NCBI RefSeq assembly: GCF_009914755.1
Contig: NC_060927.1
Direction: 5' to 3' (one strand)
Length of the DNA stretch: 64,000 bases
Source of the DNA: the human T2T-CHM13v2.0 reference genome, Homo sapiens
The position numbers and the translations under genes are program-made. The notes beneath the pieces were generated by a model. It saw only the letters and a program-made list of their open reading frames with translations. It was not told the origin of the DNA and made no database searches. Of the stretch, positions 1 to 12,219 are shown piece by piece (position 1 is the first letter of the stretch; each line of letters begins with the position of its first letter).

Positions 1-104
1 GAATGTGAGAGTGAATGAGTAATTTAATGAGTAAATGGATTAATGCATGCTATGACAGATGCTGTGCTTTCAATCTTTTGGAGTACACAGATAAGTAAAT
101 AACG

Positions 105-630
105 CACTAGTCATCTCTTGCTACATAACAAATTAATGCAAAAATTAGCAGATTAAAATAATGAAAACATATCCCAGTTTCTATGGGCAAGAAATTCAGG
201 AGAAGCTTAACTAGCTGGTTCTGGCTTAAGGTCCATCAGGTGGCAGTTGAGATGTCTGCTGGGGCTGTAGCGATTTTCAGGCTTGAGTAGAGCCAGAGAA
301 TACATTTCCAACATTCCTCCTTCATGTGGCTATTGGCAGAAAGCCCTCTTTCCCTGCCAGCTGTTCTTTGACAGGTGAACCACTGCATAGGAATGCTTGA
401 GTGTCCTTACAACATGGCTTCTCCCATTGTAAGTGATGTAAGAGAGAGCAAGAAGGAGGCCAGAGTGCCTTTGATAACTTAGTCTCAGAAGTCATGCATG
501 TTACTCCTACCTTACTGTGTTCATTAGAAATGAGTCACTAATTCCAGCCCACACTCAATGGGAGGGTAATCAGGCTACACCCTTTGAAAGGAGTTCTAAA
601 GGATTTTTTGATATATTTTAAAACACCACA
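105..630 (-). mobile_element. MLT1G/H-like MaLR solo LTR
   Basis: MLT1 antisense motifs: 'ttgctacataacaaatta', 'ctggttctggcttaaggt', 'tagtctcagaagtca', 'cagcccacactcaatgggaggg'; ends 'aaacaccaca'. Confidence 0.75.
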
Positions 631-734
631 GGTAATAATTACCACAAAGTACAACAAAGACTACAGTAAAGAATTGTCCAAAGTCATTTAGCTGTAAATG
701 GAATGCTACTGTAGAGGAATACGCAGTTTATTAA

Positions 735-844
735 GGGCTTTGAAATCTGGGCTAAAATCCCAGCTAGTTCTATTGTTAGCTGAATGCATGGCCTTAGGTA
801 AATTACTTTCTTTCTTTGGGTCACATTTTTGACAACTGAAAAAG
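735..844 (+). mobile_element. MIR fragment interrupted by an LTR
   Basis: 'gggctttgaaatctgggctaaaatcccagct...ggccttaggtaaattact' resembles the MIR core. Confidence 0.55.
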
Positions 845-1275
845 TGTTACCAAAACACCAGGAGGTCGGTCTAGGGCTCCTTGCTCACCACACAGAAAAC
901 CAATTACTGAGACAATGAGTATTGCCACAGAAGAAGGCGTTTTACTTGGGTGAAGTCACTCAAAGAGATAGGAGATCAGTTTGAAATCCGTCTTTCCCAG
1001 CTGACTGAAATTCGGGGTTTATATAGCTAGAGAGGTGATGTAGCTGCGTGCAGGGGAAACAGAAATTGAGGAGGGGTGAGGAAGTCATCATGATGGATGA
1101 GGGGTCTGCCTCTTGTTTGTATGCTGTGATCTAGAGAGTTTCAGCAGCTCCTTTTCTGAGGAAGGAACTCAGACAAGGCAAGTGTAAGTTACAAATTGTA
1201 AGACTACAGAGGGTTAATGTCTTGTTTATTTAAAACTGTCAATATCGGTTCCGTGGAACAGTTGGGCCAGTTTTA
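845..1275 (-). mobile_element. ERV1 MER4-group solo LTR (MER66/LTR26-like)
   Basis: Starts 'tgttaccaaaacaccagg...cacagaaaaccaattactgagacaatgagtattgcc'; reverse strand begins 'taaaactggcccaactgttcc'; candidate 4-bp TSD 'aaag' at 841-844 and 1276-1279. Confidence 0.75.
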
Positions 1276-1324
1276 AAAGTAGAGGATTAAACTTGTGCAT
1301 AATGGTAGTCATAATAAAATAAAA

Positions 1325-1505
1325 CCACCTTTATTAAATACATGGTATAGTGCCAACATTCGAAGTACAATATGTGACGTATTCATTTTAATCCTCATGA
1401 TTGCCACTATAGTATTGTTTTAGAGACAAAGAAACTGAGACCTAAGGAGATTAAGTAACTTGCCCAATGTCACCCACTGGTGGCAACAGAATCTAGACTC
1501 TGGCA
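1325..1505 (-). mobile_element. MIR
   Basis: 'ttttagagacaaagaaactgagacctaaggagattaagtaacttgcccaatgtcac' is the antisense MIR core. Confidence 0.8.
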
Positions 1506-1536
1506 ATTGCAATTTCATGTTATAGTTCAGTTTTAA

Positions 1537-1706
1537 ACCCTTGCTCCTTAACTTGTTGTTTGGGGCTGGTAGCATGAGCATCACCTTGGAGCCTGGAGGG
1601 AAAACAGAGTCTTAGTCCGCACTCCAGGCCTCTTGAAGCAGAGTCTGCATTTTAACATGAGCCCCAGCTGCTTCAGAGGCACTTAAAACTTGGGAGCCAT
1701 TGCTCT
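1537..1706. mobile_element. MER5A/B (hAT-Charlie MITE)
   Basis: 'agcatcaccttggagcct...cagagtctgcattttaacatgagcccca...aaaacttgggagccattgctcta'. Confidence 0.7.
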
Positions 1707-2227
1707 AATGACACATGCTATTGCTGTCTCTAAGAAGACTTCCAGTCATAGAATAATTCTAAATTCTGTACATTTAATAACCATGTGAAAGCTATGCACA
1801 TAAAAGACAAGGGAACTTTGGGCTCGTTAATATAACGAGGTTGTTGGTGTTTCCACACCTCCCTTTTCCTGACAATTTTCAACAAAATTAAGAACCAGTC
1901 AGACTTTAAAAAGGAAAGTTTTAGATTGTGCTTTTAATAATTAGACTAATAAGCAACTAAGCTGGGCCACAAAGAGGTTTGGGAAAATTTGTCTTCTCCA
2001 CATGCAGAAGAAAACAAGTTTTATTGTTAAAACCCAAAAAATATCAACAGGCCATGAGCTGGGCAAGCGAGTCAATTTTGCTAAACAGTATTGAACGGAA
2101 TAATGCAGAAACTGGGGTAAAGTTTATAGTCTTAGATGCTCAGAAGTAAGTATGTAAAAAGTAATGCTGTGGCCATCATTTTTCATTGATAGATATATTT
2201 TCCCGAATCCGATGTCGATAAGTTGTG

Positions 2228-2412
2228 CTGGTGATTCTCCACCTGCTGTACATTATTATCACCTGGGAAGGTCCTAAACTATACTGACACCTGGGCCTAA
2301 CCCCCTAGAAATCCTGAGTTCATGGTACGCAGTGAAGCCTCATCCTCACAAGCTTTTAAAAAGTTGCCCATATGGCTCTCATTTACAACTGGAGTTGAGA
2401 ACCACTGACCTA
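2228..2412. mobile_element. MER5-type hAT MITE
   Basis: 'tacattattatcacctgggaag...' ending 'gttgagaaccactgaccta'. Confidence 0.7.
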
Positions 2413-2641
2413 GAGAATTACTGTGAGCTATGGTTTGTCTTTGTACTTCTTGATTTCTCAGTTAATGTTAACTGAATGAGCATAGTGAAGATAAAATGAG
2501 ACATATAATCACCTCTTACCTATTGTCCTGGTAGACTTACTGGTTAGGTCCTTTAGTTCCAAGCACCTAATTACTTGTAAGCCAAATAAAAGGGAAAGAT
2601 GATTTATTGAAAGAAAGTATGTTATTCCATAAAGTTGAAGA

Positions 2642-2910
2642 AAGCACTATCCAATAAAAATGTGAACCATTGATCTAATTTTAAATTTCTAGTAACCATG
2701 ATAAGAAAAAGGATACCAAGAAACAGGTGAAATTTTAATTTTAATAGTACATTTTATTTGAATATGTCCTTATATTACTTTAACATGTGTTCAGTATAAC
2801 AAATATTAAGAAGTACTGTATTTACATTCTTTTTTTCATATGAAGTCTTTGAAATTCGGTGCATATTTTATTTTTAAACACAACTAAACTCAGACTAGCC
2901 AATTTCATGT
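2642..2910. mobile_element. MER33 (hAT-Charlie), truncated
   Basis: 'gcactatccaata...aatttctagtaaccat...aaacaggtgaaattttaattttaata...aagtctttgaaattcggtg...ctcagactagcca'. Confidence 0.75.
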
Positions 2911-3375
2911 CAGTTTACTTTGGAAGTGATTCCAGAGATTTGGAATAAAGAGTAGAATTACAGAGAAGTGGGAAGAGATGTGTTATCACACTGTCCACAC
3001 CTGCAGGTGTCTGGTGTTTGGCCCCATGGAACTTTCTAAGTGTCTGAGAACTATCTACCTAGGGATGAACACAGAAAACTTTTATCTATCACCCTTTGTG
3101 CAAAGGTGGCCCCATGGCCCTAACTGCCCCATACTGTACTTTTGGGCTGCTCATTCTAAGGACCAAGCAAGTCCCACGGGGGTCCCTTGCAGAGGCATCA
3201 AAGAAGGCTGAGCGTAGGAAGTGAGTGGGGAAGTGGTGCAGCCCCAAAGCTTGGAGCTGTTAACGTGCACCTGAGGGAAGCTAGTCAGAGCAAAGAGGAA
3301 ATACTTGCTGCTGCAGCAGTGGCTGGAATAGGAGTGGAACTGTGAGGATCTGAGTGGCACAAGAGATGTCCTATA
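2911..3375 (-). mobile_element. ERVL LTR (LTR33/LTR16-like)
   Basis: 'agtttactttggaagtgattccag', 'aggtggccccatggccctaactgcccc', end 'ggatctgagtggcacaagagatgtcc'. Confidence 0.55.
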
Positions 3376-3419
3376 TATTAGGCAATGCCAATTCTCTAGG
3401 AAGTTAATAGCGTTGCTTA

Positions 3420-3727
<308 letters not shown>

Positions 3728-3794
3728 TGAATAAGTTTTGTGAATTTAAAGTTTGTGAAAATGTATAGTTTCTGTATTGCATGAATTGTCACAA

Positions 3795-4097
3795 TTTTTT
3801 TGAAGACTTTACTTTTGAGAGCAATGTAGTTTCTCAGAAAAACACACGTACAGCCTCCCCCACTATCAACATCTCCCATCAGAGTCACACAATGGATGAA
3901 CCTGTATCGATACATCATTATCACCCAAAGTCAATACTTTACGTTAGGGTTCACTCTTGGTGTCATACATTCTATAGGTTTGGACAAATGCATGATGTCG
4001 TGTCCGCTATTATAGTCTCATACAGAGTATTTTCACTGCTATAAAAATCCCCCATGCTCTGCCTATCCATCCCTCTCTCTCCCCTAAATCCAAACAA
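3795..4097 (-). mobile_element. L1MC1-like 3' UTR end
   Basis: 'gatgaacctgtatcgatacatcattatcacccaaagtc...ttagggttcactcttggtgtcatacattctataggtttggacaaatg'. Confidence 0.8.
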
Positions 4098-4385
4098 ATA
4101 AAATGTATTTATTGCTCATGTCTCCCGACAAATATAGATTGGCTGAGAAAGATTATGTTCCTTAGGGATCAGGGATGAATGAGTCGCCATCATTTTGTGA
4201 TGCCAACAAGCATTTACCAATGAATAAGAGTGCATGGAAAGTGGTGTAACAACTCTGAAATGCATCTCTTCTACTTTTTATTAGCCAAAGCCAGTCATGT
4301 GATTATGACTAATTGCAGGACGGTAAAGAGTAACCTGTGATGTGAAAGTGTAGCCTGTGAAGAACTGGAAATAGCTGTGGTACAT
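4098..4385 (-). mobile_element. Old MLT1 (J/K/L-like) LTR fragment
   Basis: 'atttattgctcatg', 'ttattagccaaagccagtcatgtg', 'gaagaactggaaata'. Confidence 0.5.
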
Positions 4386-4610
4386 CCGTAAATAAAATCT
4401 CCCTTTCAACATAGAAATAAAAAACCCAATTTGACCGAATCATCCAAATGCACAATTTCACCATGAAAGGCTTCAGAAAAACAATAACAACTATTTTTAG
4501 AGCACCTACTATATGGTCAGGTGGTACAATTACTAAAAAGACACCGGAAAAGATTTTGTTTCTATCACTGGCTGAAGTCCGCAAAGGAAAAATAAAACCT
4601 GTTCATCAAG

Positions 4611-4767
4611 CTACAGGCACATGCCACCACGCCCAGCTAATTTTTGTACTATTAGAGACGGGTTTCACCATATTGGCCAGGATGGTCTTGATCTCTTGAC
4701 CTCGTGATTTGCCCGCCTCAGCATCCCAAAGTGCTGGGATTACAGGCATGAGCCACTGCACCCTGCC
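4611..4767 (-). mobile_element. AluSc-like, lacking most of the right arm and the A tail
   Basis: Intact 5' end and left arm with 'gatggtcttgatctcttgacctcgtgat'; homology stops about 30 bp into the right arm. Confidence 0.9.
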
Positions 4768-4839
4768 AAGATAGATTTTTCTCTAAAAAATGTGCAAATC
4801 TCCCAATACCCTATAGGATAATACGTTAAAAGGTAGGTT

Positions 4840-5025
4840 GAAAATGCATATGACTAAGCGAAAGAAGCCAAACTGAAAAGCCTGTATACTGTATGATTCC
4901 AACTATGTGACATTCTGGAAAAGGCAACACTATGGAGACAGTAAAAAGATCAAGGATTGTTTGGAGTTAGGGGAGAGAGAGGGATGAATAGGCAGAGCAT
5001 GGGGGGATTTTTATAGCAGTGAAAA
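4840..5025 (+). mobile_element. L1MC1-like 3' UTR fragment
   Basis: 'gaaagaagccaaactgaaaagcctgtatactgtatgattccaactatgtgacattctggaaaaggcaacactatggagacagtaaaaagatca'. Confidence 0.8.
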
Positions 5026-5079
5026 GGTAAATCATAACCAAATGTTCAATCAAATGCAAAATGGCAGAACCTGCTATTT

Positions 5080-5240
5080 AGAGCAGTGTTTCTCAATTGT
5101 TCATCAAACATTGGGCTTCATTGTTCAAATGCAGATTCCTGGAGTCCAACCCATACCTACTGACATAATGTTTGAGAATCTGGGAGTCTTAATTTTATAC
5201 AAGGTACCCACACAATTAGTATACTTAATAAAGATATCAC
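5080..5240. mobile_element. MER5-type hAT MITE
   Basis: 'agagcagtgtttctcaa...aaatgcagattcctggagtccaacccatacctactga'. Confidence 0.65.
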
Positions 5241-5354
5241 AATTAGAATGAATGTAATTGCAAAATCTATTGCAGAAGACCTCCTTTTATAGGGTGACTA
5301 CAACACTATAAATATCATCCTGGTAATCTCGTGTATATTTACAATTTTAATTTA

Positions 5355-5490
5355 TGATTCATTTATGCATTTGCTTATTTATCAAATTTTTTTAGAGTTC
5401 CTACTATGCACAATCCTCTACTTACTGGGCAATTCATTGTAAAATAAGATACAATCTCTTGTCTAAGAATGCTGAGTCCAGTTGACAGAA
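5355..5490 (-). mobile_element. L2 3' end
   Basis: 'attcatttatgcatt...tcctactatgcac...aataagatacaatctcttg'. Confidence 0.55.
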
Positions 5491-6379
5491 TGTAGTTATA
5501 ATTGAGCTTGATGACAGTCAAGTTACATAATGTAAAGCGGTTTCTGAGAGCCAAGAGGAAGACATCCCTGACTATGACTGTAGATAGGGTCTCTTAGGAA
5601 GGAAGTAGGCCAAATCATTTTTAATATAATACACACAAAGAAGTTAGGTCACCTTAATAAACCCTGCCAGATTATGTTTTCTATACACATTATTTTTAAT
5701 GATTCATGACACCTTATTATCTTTGAGCTATTAAATATACTTTCTCTCTCCTCCCCAGCAAATGATGCCCCTTAAATTGATCAACACTTTATTTCCTTTG
5801 TATGTTCCCAGTGACATTCAGGCAACATATATAAATGCAGTAATTGTTCAGCTGACTCAAGTATGTGATCCTGTATATGCAGTAGAACACTTTTGTCTTA
5901 ATGGAGCAGAAACAATTGATTTGAATTGATTCTATACCCTCCCCTCACCCTGCCCTGGGGTGAGAAAAGATGTAACTTGCTCATAACTGTCTACTGAGTA
6001 CATGGAAGAGAAGGTTATGTGAAGGAACTTTAAGTTATACTGGACTTTGAGGGATCGAAGTGCTTTCCTCACCTAGAAAAGGTCACTTATGTGGTAATTG
6101 CTAGAAGACTGTGAAGCTGAACATCTAAAAACTGTGGTGCATAATTCTCACATCTCAGTTCTGCCCAGGACTCACTTGGGAAAAGAACATTTCTGATGAA
6201 TGAACTAAAGAGGTGAACCCTACCTAGAATATCTTAGAGCAAACCTTGCCTTAAACAATATTAAGACAAAGTAGTTTTTAATTGTATAGTATTCTTGTCT
6301 TTGCTTCTTAATATGGTTAGCAATTACCATTTATTGATGAATTATTAATGATCTTGTATATAAATTAGAAATATTCATG

Positions 6380-6480
6380 CTCCATTTATGCATTTGCTTA
6401 TTTATCTGACATTTTCTGAATGTTTACTATGTATAAGACACTGCTTAGGTACTGAGCAATTCATATAAAATAAGATTTAT
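6380..6480 (-). mobile_element. L2 3' end (related to 5355-5490)
   Basis: 'catttatgcatttgcttatttatctgacattttctgaatgtttactatgtataagacactg'. Confidence 0.55.
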
Positions 6481-6666
6481 GGCATTTGTTGTTTCAGTAG
6501 CACATAGCACTGCTTGACACTTGGTGTGAAAATGTTGCCTAATGCGTTACTACACTAAGGGCTTTTTCATATAGAAATAAATTACACACAGTATGAACTG
6601 CATAACCAACCAAATATGATATAAAAGAAGACTATAAAATAGACATACAAAAATATATGCACTCTA

Positions 6667-7047
<381 letters not shown>

Positions 7048-7094
7048 CTATGTATATCATCTCAGGGAGCTTCAGTCTTTCTGCCTCTGTAGCA

Positions 7095-7380
7095 GCCAGT
7101 ACTGACTATCTCATAGGGTGCAGAGGCCCCCTATGCATAGCCTACAATACTTCTAGTACCCCAAAAAAATATTTTCTTTTAAAATCAGAAAAAAAACTGA
7201 CCTTTCAGGTTGAAGAAAATGTTTAAGTATATATATTAATATGTGCATCCTTATATTTATACTGTTGTAAATGCATTGTAAATGCAATTGTAAAATGTAA
7301 TTTTTAACTTTTTTTTTGGAAGAAGGGGCCCATGAAAGCAAAAGTGTCTTGAGCCCTTGAGGGTTCTCTTATAGCCAGGG
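7095..7380 (-). mobile_element. ORSL (hAT-Tip100 non-autonomous element)
   Basis: 'ttcttttaaaatcagaaaaaaaactgacctttcaggttgaagaaaatgttt' and 'ggaagaaggggcccatgaaagcaaaagtgtc'. Confidence 0.75.
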
Positions 7381-7408
7381 CAGCAGAAACAGGGGTCGTC
7401 TTTGTCCC

Positions 7409-8121
7409 TGTTGCAGGGGTGAAGGAAAACTTCCCCTTTGTCCTATGAAGGTTTGCTGAAAAATCAACTGACAAAAGGCAGATTAATAGGAGAAAAAGCA
7501 TACAAAATTTATTAATGTACATGGAGGAGGCAGGCAGTAGTCAGAGTAATTATCCAATAACCCAGTGTATTATAGAAGGAAGCTTATATACCCTTTTTCA
7601 CAGGGGAGAGTGGAGATGGGGAGTGTAGAAAATTCTTTTAGGGGCAGTAAATCATGAGGGAGAATGGATGGACATGGGAGGTGGGAGGCAGATATCATGA
7701 GAAGGCGAATGGTGGAGTCGCACAGGAACAAAAGTTGTCTCATTATGCAGATAGAGTCCTCCATGTCATCTCTTGGAGTTGCCCTCAGAAAAATAAATGA
7801 AAAGTGTCCGGGCCTGGTGATGACTAACCCTAGTCTCTTCTCTAGTTATTGATCTTTCCTAGTTATTTGATGAGACCCCAAGGGAGGAGATCTCAAGACA
7901 ATTGCATTTCTTTTGGAAAGAAGCTTTGCTGGTCAGATAAAAAGAATTCCAGAGAGTCCCTCCTGATGCTTCTGGAAAGAAGATCAGAGAGTCAGGTAGA
8001 GGGGAATAGGTCAGAAAGGGACCTTGGTTCTGAGGCTTACTTCTTAGGGCCTTTCGATTTTCAAAGGCACTCAGCATGCCCAGGTGCCTTGTGTTGGGGC
8101 ATCATTTTCTGTGCCCCAACA
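7409..8121 (-). mobile_element. ERV1 solo LTR, MER39/MER34-like
   Basis: TG...CA ends; 'aaaacttccccttt...gaaggtttgctgaaaaatcaactgacaaaaggcagattaataggagaaaa'; reverse start 'tgttggggcacagaaaatgatgcccc'. Confidence 0.8.
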
Positions 8122-8136
8122 TAAGGGGCACTCACC

Positions 8137-8481
8137 GCGTGAGTCTTCTAGGACTGCAGTAACAAACTGCCACACACTGGCAGGTTACAACAATGGAAGT
8201 TTATTTCCTTACAGGTCTGGAGGTTAGAAGTCCAAATTCAAGGAGTAAACCATGCTGGTTCCTTCTGAGGGAGGGTCAGCTTTCTGGGATGGCCAGAGGC
8301 CCTTGGTGTTCCTGGGCTTGCACCTGTACCTTTGCAGTCCTGCCTGTCATCACACAGTGTTCTCCCTGTGTCTCTCTAAAGACCCATCTTAATTACCTCT
8401 GTAAAGACCCTATTTCCAAGTAAGGTCACATTCACAGGTCCAACTTATCTTGGAGTGGGGAGACATCATGCAATTTACAAG
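8137..8481 (-). mobile_element. MLT1B-like LTR
   Basis: 'tctggaggttagaagtccaaa', 'aaagaccctatttccaagtaaggtcacattcacagg'. Confidence 0.8.
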
Positions 8482-9089
8482 AGATTGTTTACATAAGTTC
8501 ATCAGGAGAGGACTAAACAAAGTGTGATGGCATGGATTCTATCGCTCTTCAGGGCAGAGAATGCGTGATGCTAATGAAAGTCTTCCTAGGTGGGTGATGG
8601 AGACCAGGCCTGTTCTCTCCAGGCAGGCTCTGAAATCTTATGGAAGAGGCGCAAACCAGGGCAGCAGGCCCACTCCCTTACAGGACAACTCGGTTCAAGT
8701 GGCTCCGGTAACTTCTCTTTTTCTTCCAGTCTCCTCAGTTTTGGGGAAATCTTACCTCCCCCCTTGTTTCTTTCAGGCAGCAGTGGTTTCTCTTCAAATC
8801 CTCCTTTCATCTTATTTACAACAGACCTATTTAACTCAAAGCCAGCATCTTTAGTAACAGAAAAACTCGTTTCCTCTATCTAGGTCAGGGAAGGCTTAAT
8901 GTCTAAACCTTCTGCAAGAGGGAGGGGTAATATATGCCATCCTGCTATGCAATGAAGGAAAGGAAATCAGACCAAACCCAGTCAAACCAACCACACCAAA
9001 TGCAATTGCTGCGTTCAAGTGAAGCAAATGGATGACGTGCACTTTGACATTAGCACCATGCCATAGAGGAAAGAAAAGTTATTTTTTCC

Positions 9090-9340
9090 CCAAGATGAAA
9101 AATGGTAAACATAGTAGGAGGTGGTGTTTGAACTGGGCCTTGAAGAGCAAATAGAAAATTTCTGGGCACAGAGAGGTAACTGCTGGGGCAGGTGCATGAG
9201 GAGAGCCTTCCAGGCAAAACTGCAGCAGGCATGGAGATGCCGAGTGTGACGACACATGACTTGGTCACAAAATCGCAGTCTAGTGTAGCTATAGGACTAG
9301 GGTGTATGGGACAGCAGAACAAGAGTTGAGCCTAGAAGGG
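9090..9340 (-). mobile_element. L2 fragment
   Basis: 'ggaggtggtgtttgaactgggccttgaag', 'ccttccaggca', 'ggcatggag'. Confidence 0.55.
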
Positions 9341-9480
9341 GCTGCTTGTTAGATATCATTTTCCCGTAACTCTAAACAAGGGCTTACTGAAAATCTTCTC
9401 CTAGAACTGTCTCTGTCCCAGAAAACTCACCTGGTTAAATTGATATTATAATGCAGATTTTTCACAGGTAGAAGTAGGAG

Positions 9481-9984
9481 CCTATTAGTTTTCTATGACT
9501 GTTGTAAGAAATTACCACAACCTTAGTGGCTTAAAACGATGTAAATGTATTATCTCACTGGAGGTTAGAAGTTGAAATGGGTCTCATAGTGCTAAATCAA
9601 CATGTTGGCAGGGCAGTGTTCCAATCTGGACACTCTAGAGGAGAATCTGTTTTCTTGCCCTTTTCAAGTTTTAGAGACTGCTCCATTCCTTAGCTCATGG
9701 GCCTCTGTTTGTCATCAAAACCAGCAATGGATGGTTCATTCTTCCTCCTTTGCATCACTCAGACACTCTCTCCTGCCTCACTTTTCCACTTAAGGGAATC
9801 CATATTATTTCACTGAGTCCAGATGGATCATCTAGAATAATCTCTCCATCTCAAGGTGAGCTAAGTAGCAATCTTAACTCCACCTATGACTTTAGTTCTC
9901 CCTTGCCATATAATGAACAAACTCATGGGTTCTAGGAATTAGGATGTGGACATCTCTGGGGATGAAGCATTATTCTGTCCGCCA
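9481..9984 (-). mobile_element. MLT1D LTR
   Basis: 'attagttttctatgactgttgtaagaaattaccacaaccttagtggcttaaaac', 'ctctagaggagaatctgttttcttgccc', 'ggaattaggatgtggacatct'. Confidence 0.85.
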
Positions 9985-11599
9985 GGAAGAAATAATAAAA
10001 TAGAAACTTCAGGCCAATGCATCTCTGCCATGTGAAGACGTTAAGGGGTAGTTTGTTTTAGGATTTAATATACAGCGTGAGTAGGTGACTATAGAAATCC
10101 CATTGTACAGATCTGGGAACAGATCTGCAGAAGTGTCTTCAAAGTATGACATTTCAGCTTCCCCAGAATTCTTCTCAATCATCTCTGTAAAGGCTGGGAC
10201 ATCAAATCCCTGAGTCATGCCTGCAGACGTGCAGGTTTTTTAAGAACAGAATTATTGGTGCACTCCTCTGCCCTATCTTTCTTGTGTCTTCCCTGGTATT
10301 TTCCGTTGATAGCCTTCTGACATGTGTGTCTTGCTTTACCTACATCTTACTCTAACACTGGCCTCTTGTGTTCTTTTAGAAGCCTCATTACCCAAAGATC
10401 TCATTAGAGGGGATTAGTAAGTGACCACAATTGAGAGAATGGCACTGGCAGCATCTTTATTCAAAAGGTAAATTCCACTGTGCATGGGGAGCTACCATTT
10501 AGTTACAAGTAGCAGGAGTGTCTGGCATCAGAAGTAATGCAGCAATATATTTATAGCCTTTATAGCTCATGACACCTACCCTGCAAAGCCATACATGGCT
10601 AATAGAATGCAGCTAGGTGACTACCTGTGACTATCATCCCCCAACACCCCTGACAATGACTCAATTGCAGCTTCTTAGAGCCAATCACCTAATTTATATC
10701 CTAAGCAAGAGGTGCAGGGAAAAGAAGTGGATTGTGGCAGTGTCATGCCAGTCATATTTGAGAGTATGTTGGGACCTGACATAACCCAGTGGTTTTGGAA
10801 CCATGACTCATGCAGCCTTACTGTCTAAGACAAACTGGGTTGCACCTTAGGCAGCAGCTGAGGTTGTTAACTACCAGAGCCACCTACAAGTTGTCCAGCA
10901 CCCTGTGGGCACTAGGACCAGTAGTAAGGATTCTGCTTAACAGATCTATGCTGTTTAAAAGAAATACCATCATATGAATAGCTTTCTTCATCACATTCAA
11001 GGGAGAATGACCAAATCCTTAATAAAATGCCTCTTTGAGGTCCCCATCACTTACTCTTGATTATAAATGCTGCGGGGATAAGAGAATTTGCCGTGTTGAA
11101 TATTCAAGGACTTTTCTATCCCCGGGAATTTTCTCTGCTGTGTTTGTAAGAAGAGGATTAAATTTGCCTTTAATAAAGCACTATGGAATACTTACTATCA
11201 TGGCACCAACGTAAAAGAAAAACATCTTCCTGGCACACAAGAGAGGGGAAAAATGCTCAATTATGCAAATGCATGCCCAGAAATTTTACCCATGTAAGAA
11301 TAATATCTGATGATGTCAACTCAATTCTTCTCCAGTCTTAGGTTCTCTCTTACTCTTCACTCTGCTAGTGTAAATACCTAATGTAATGACTCACAATAAA
11401 ACACAGTTGTTGAGCCACTTCTCCCTGACTTTATCACACCAGAAAATATGGGGTTTTAGTGCAGTAATTCTGGACTGAATTTCAAAGTTACCCAAATTAA
11501 CATATTTGACCACAGTGACCTTTCCAGCTTGATTTACTTCTGTTCCATTACCAAATTTCTGGCGCTGGCCAATCAACTCATCTTCTCCTATCTCTTGAG

Positions 11600-11740
11600 C
11601 TTTCAAGCCTCATTGCTTTGGCTCATGCCATCCTCTTGCCCTAAAATGCCCTCCCCATTGTGTTCTGCCTGTGTAGCTCACATAGCTTTAAAGGGTCACC
11701 ACAAATTCCACCTCTTATTGAAGTTATTCTTGACCCCTAT
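11600..11740 (+). mobile_element. L2 fragment
   Basis: 'ctttggctcatgccatcctcttgccctaaaatgccctcccc'. Confidence 0.5.
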
Positions 11741-11847
11741 ATTCTTGTGGCAAGTTTTTAATCTGTGAAAATCACAACACTTCACATCCAGTCTTTTTCC
11801 AGGTACCCACATCCTGCTTTCAACCTCTTTTGTGTTGTTAGCTGATG

Positions 11848-12150
11848 CTAGGGACCACAAACTGCTGGCTCACAGAATAAACCTATCTCACAGACGTTTT
11901 GAGGCATCCCATGCAGGATTGTAAAATTAGAATATCTTAAAAATCTAAACATCTAGACCTTTGAAAGATGACAACAGCTACCAAAATTGTGCTTATAATT
12001 AATGGTGCAACAATTGGCTAAAACTGAGCAGTAGCCATTTCTATATTTAGGAAATATGTTCTTCAGTTTGCTAACGATCACATTGTACATTTTGATTACA
12101 TCCAACGAGCTTACTCATTTATGTCATTTCATTATTGTTTCTCTGGGGAC
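11848..12150. mobile_element. MER102-like hAT element
   Basis: 'ctagggaccacaaact', 'caacaattggctaaaactgagcagtagcc', 'gcttactcatttatgtca'. Confidence 0.6.
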
Positions 12151-12219
12151 GCTGCAATTAATTACAAATTTGCCTTTACCTTTTTTGTTTTTCTTTTACT
12201 GATTGCTTTTGCCTCTCTT

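Noticed and set aside
8561-8883. Overlapping ~97-aa ORFs in a slightly GC-richer patch
   Set aside because: No recognisable domain or convincing splice structure; lengths are compatible with chance
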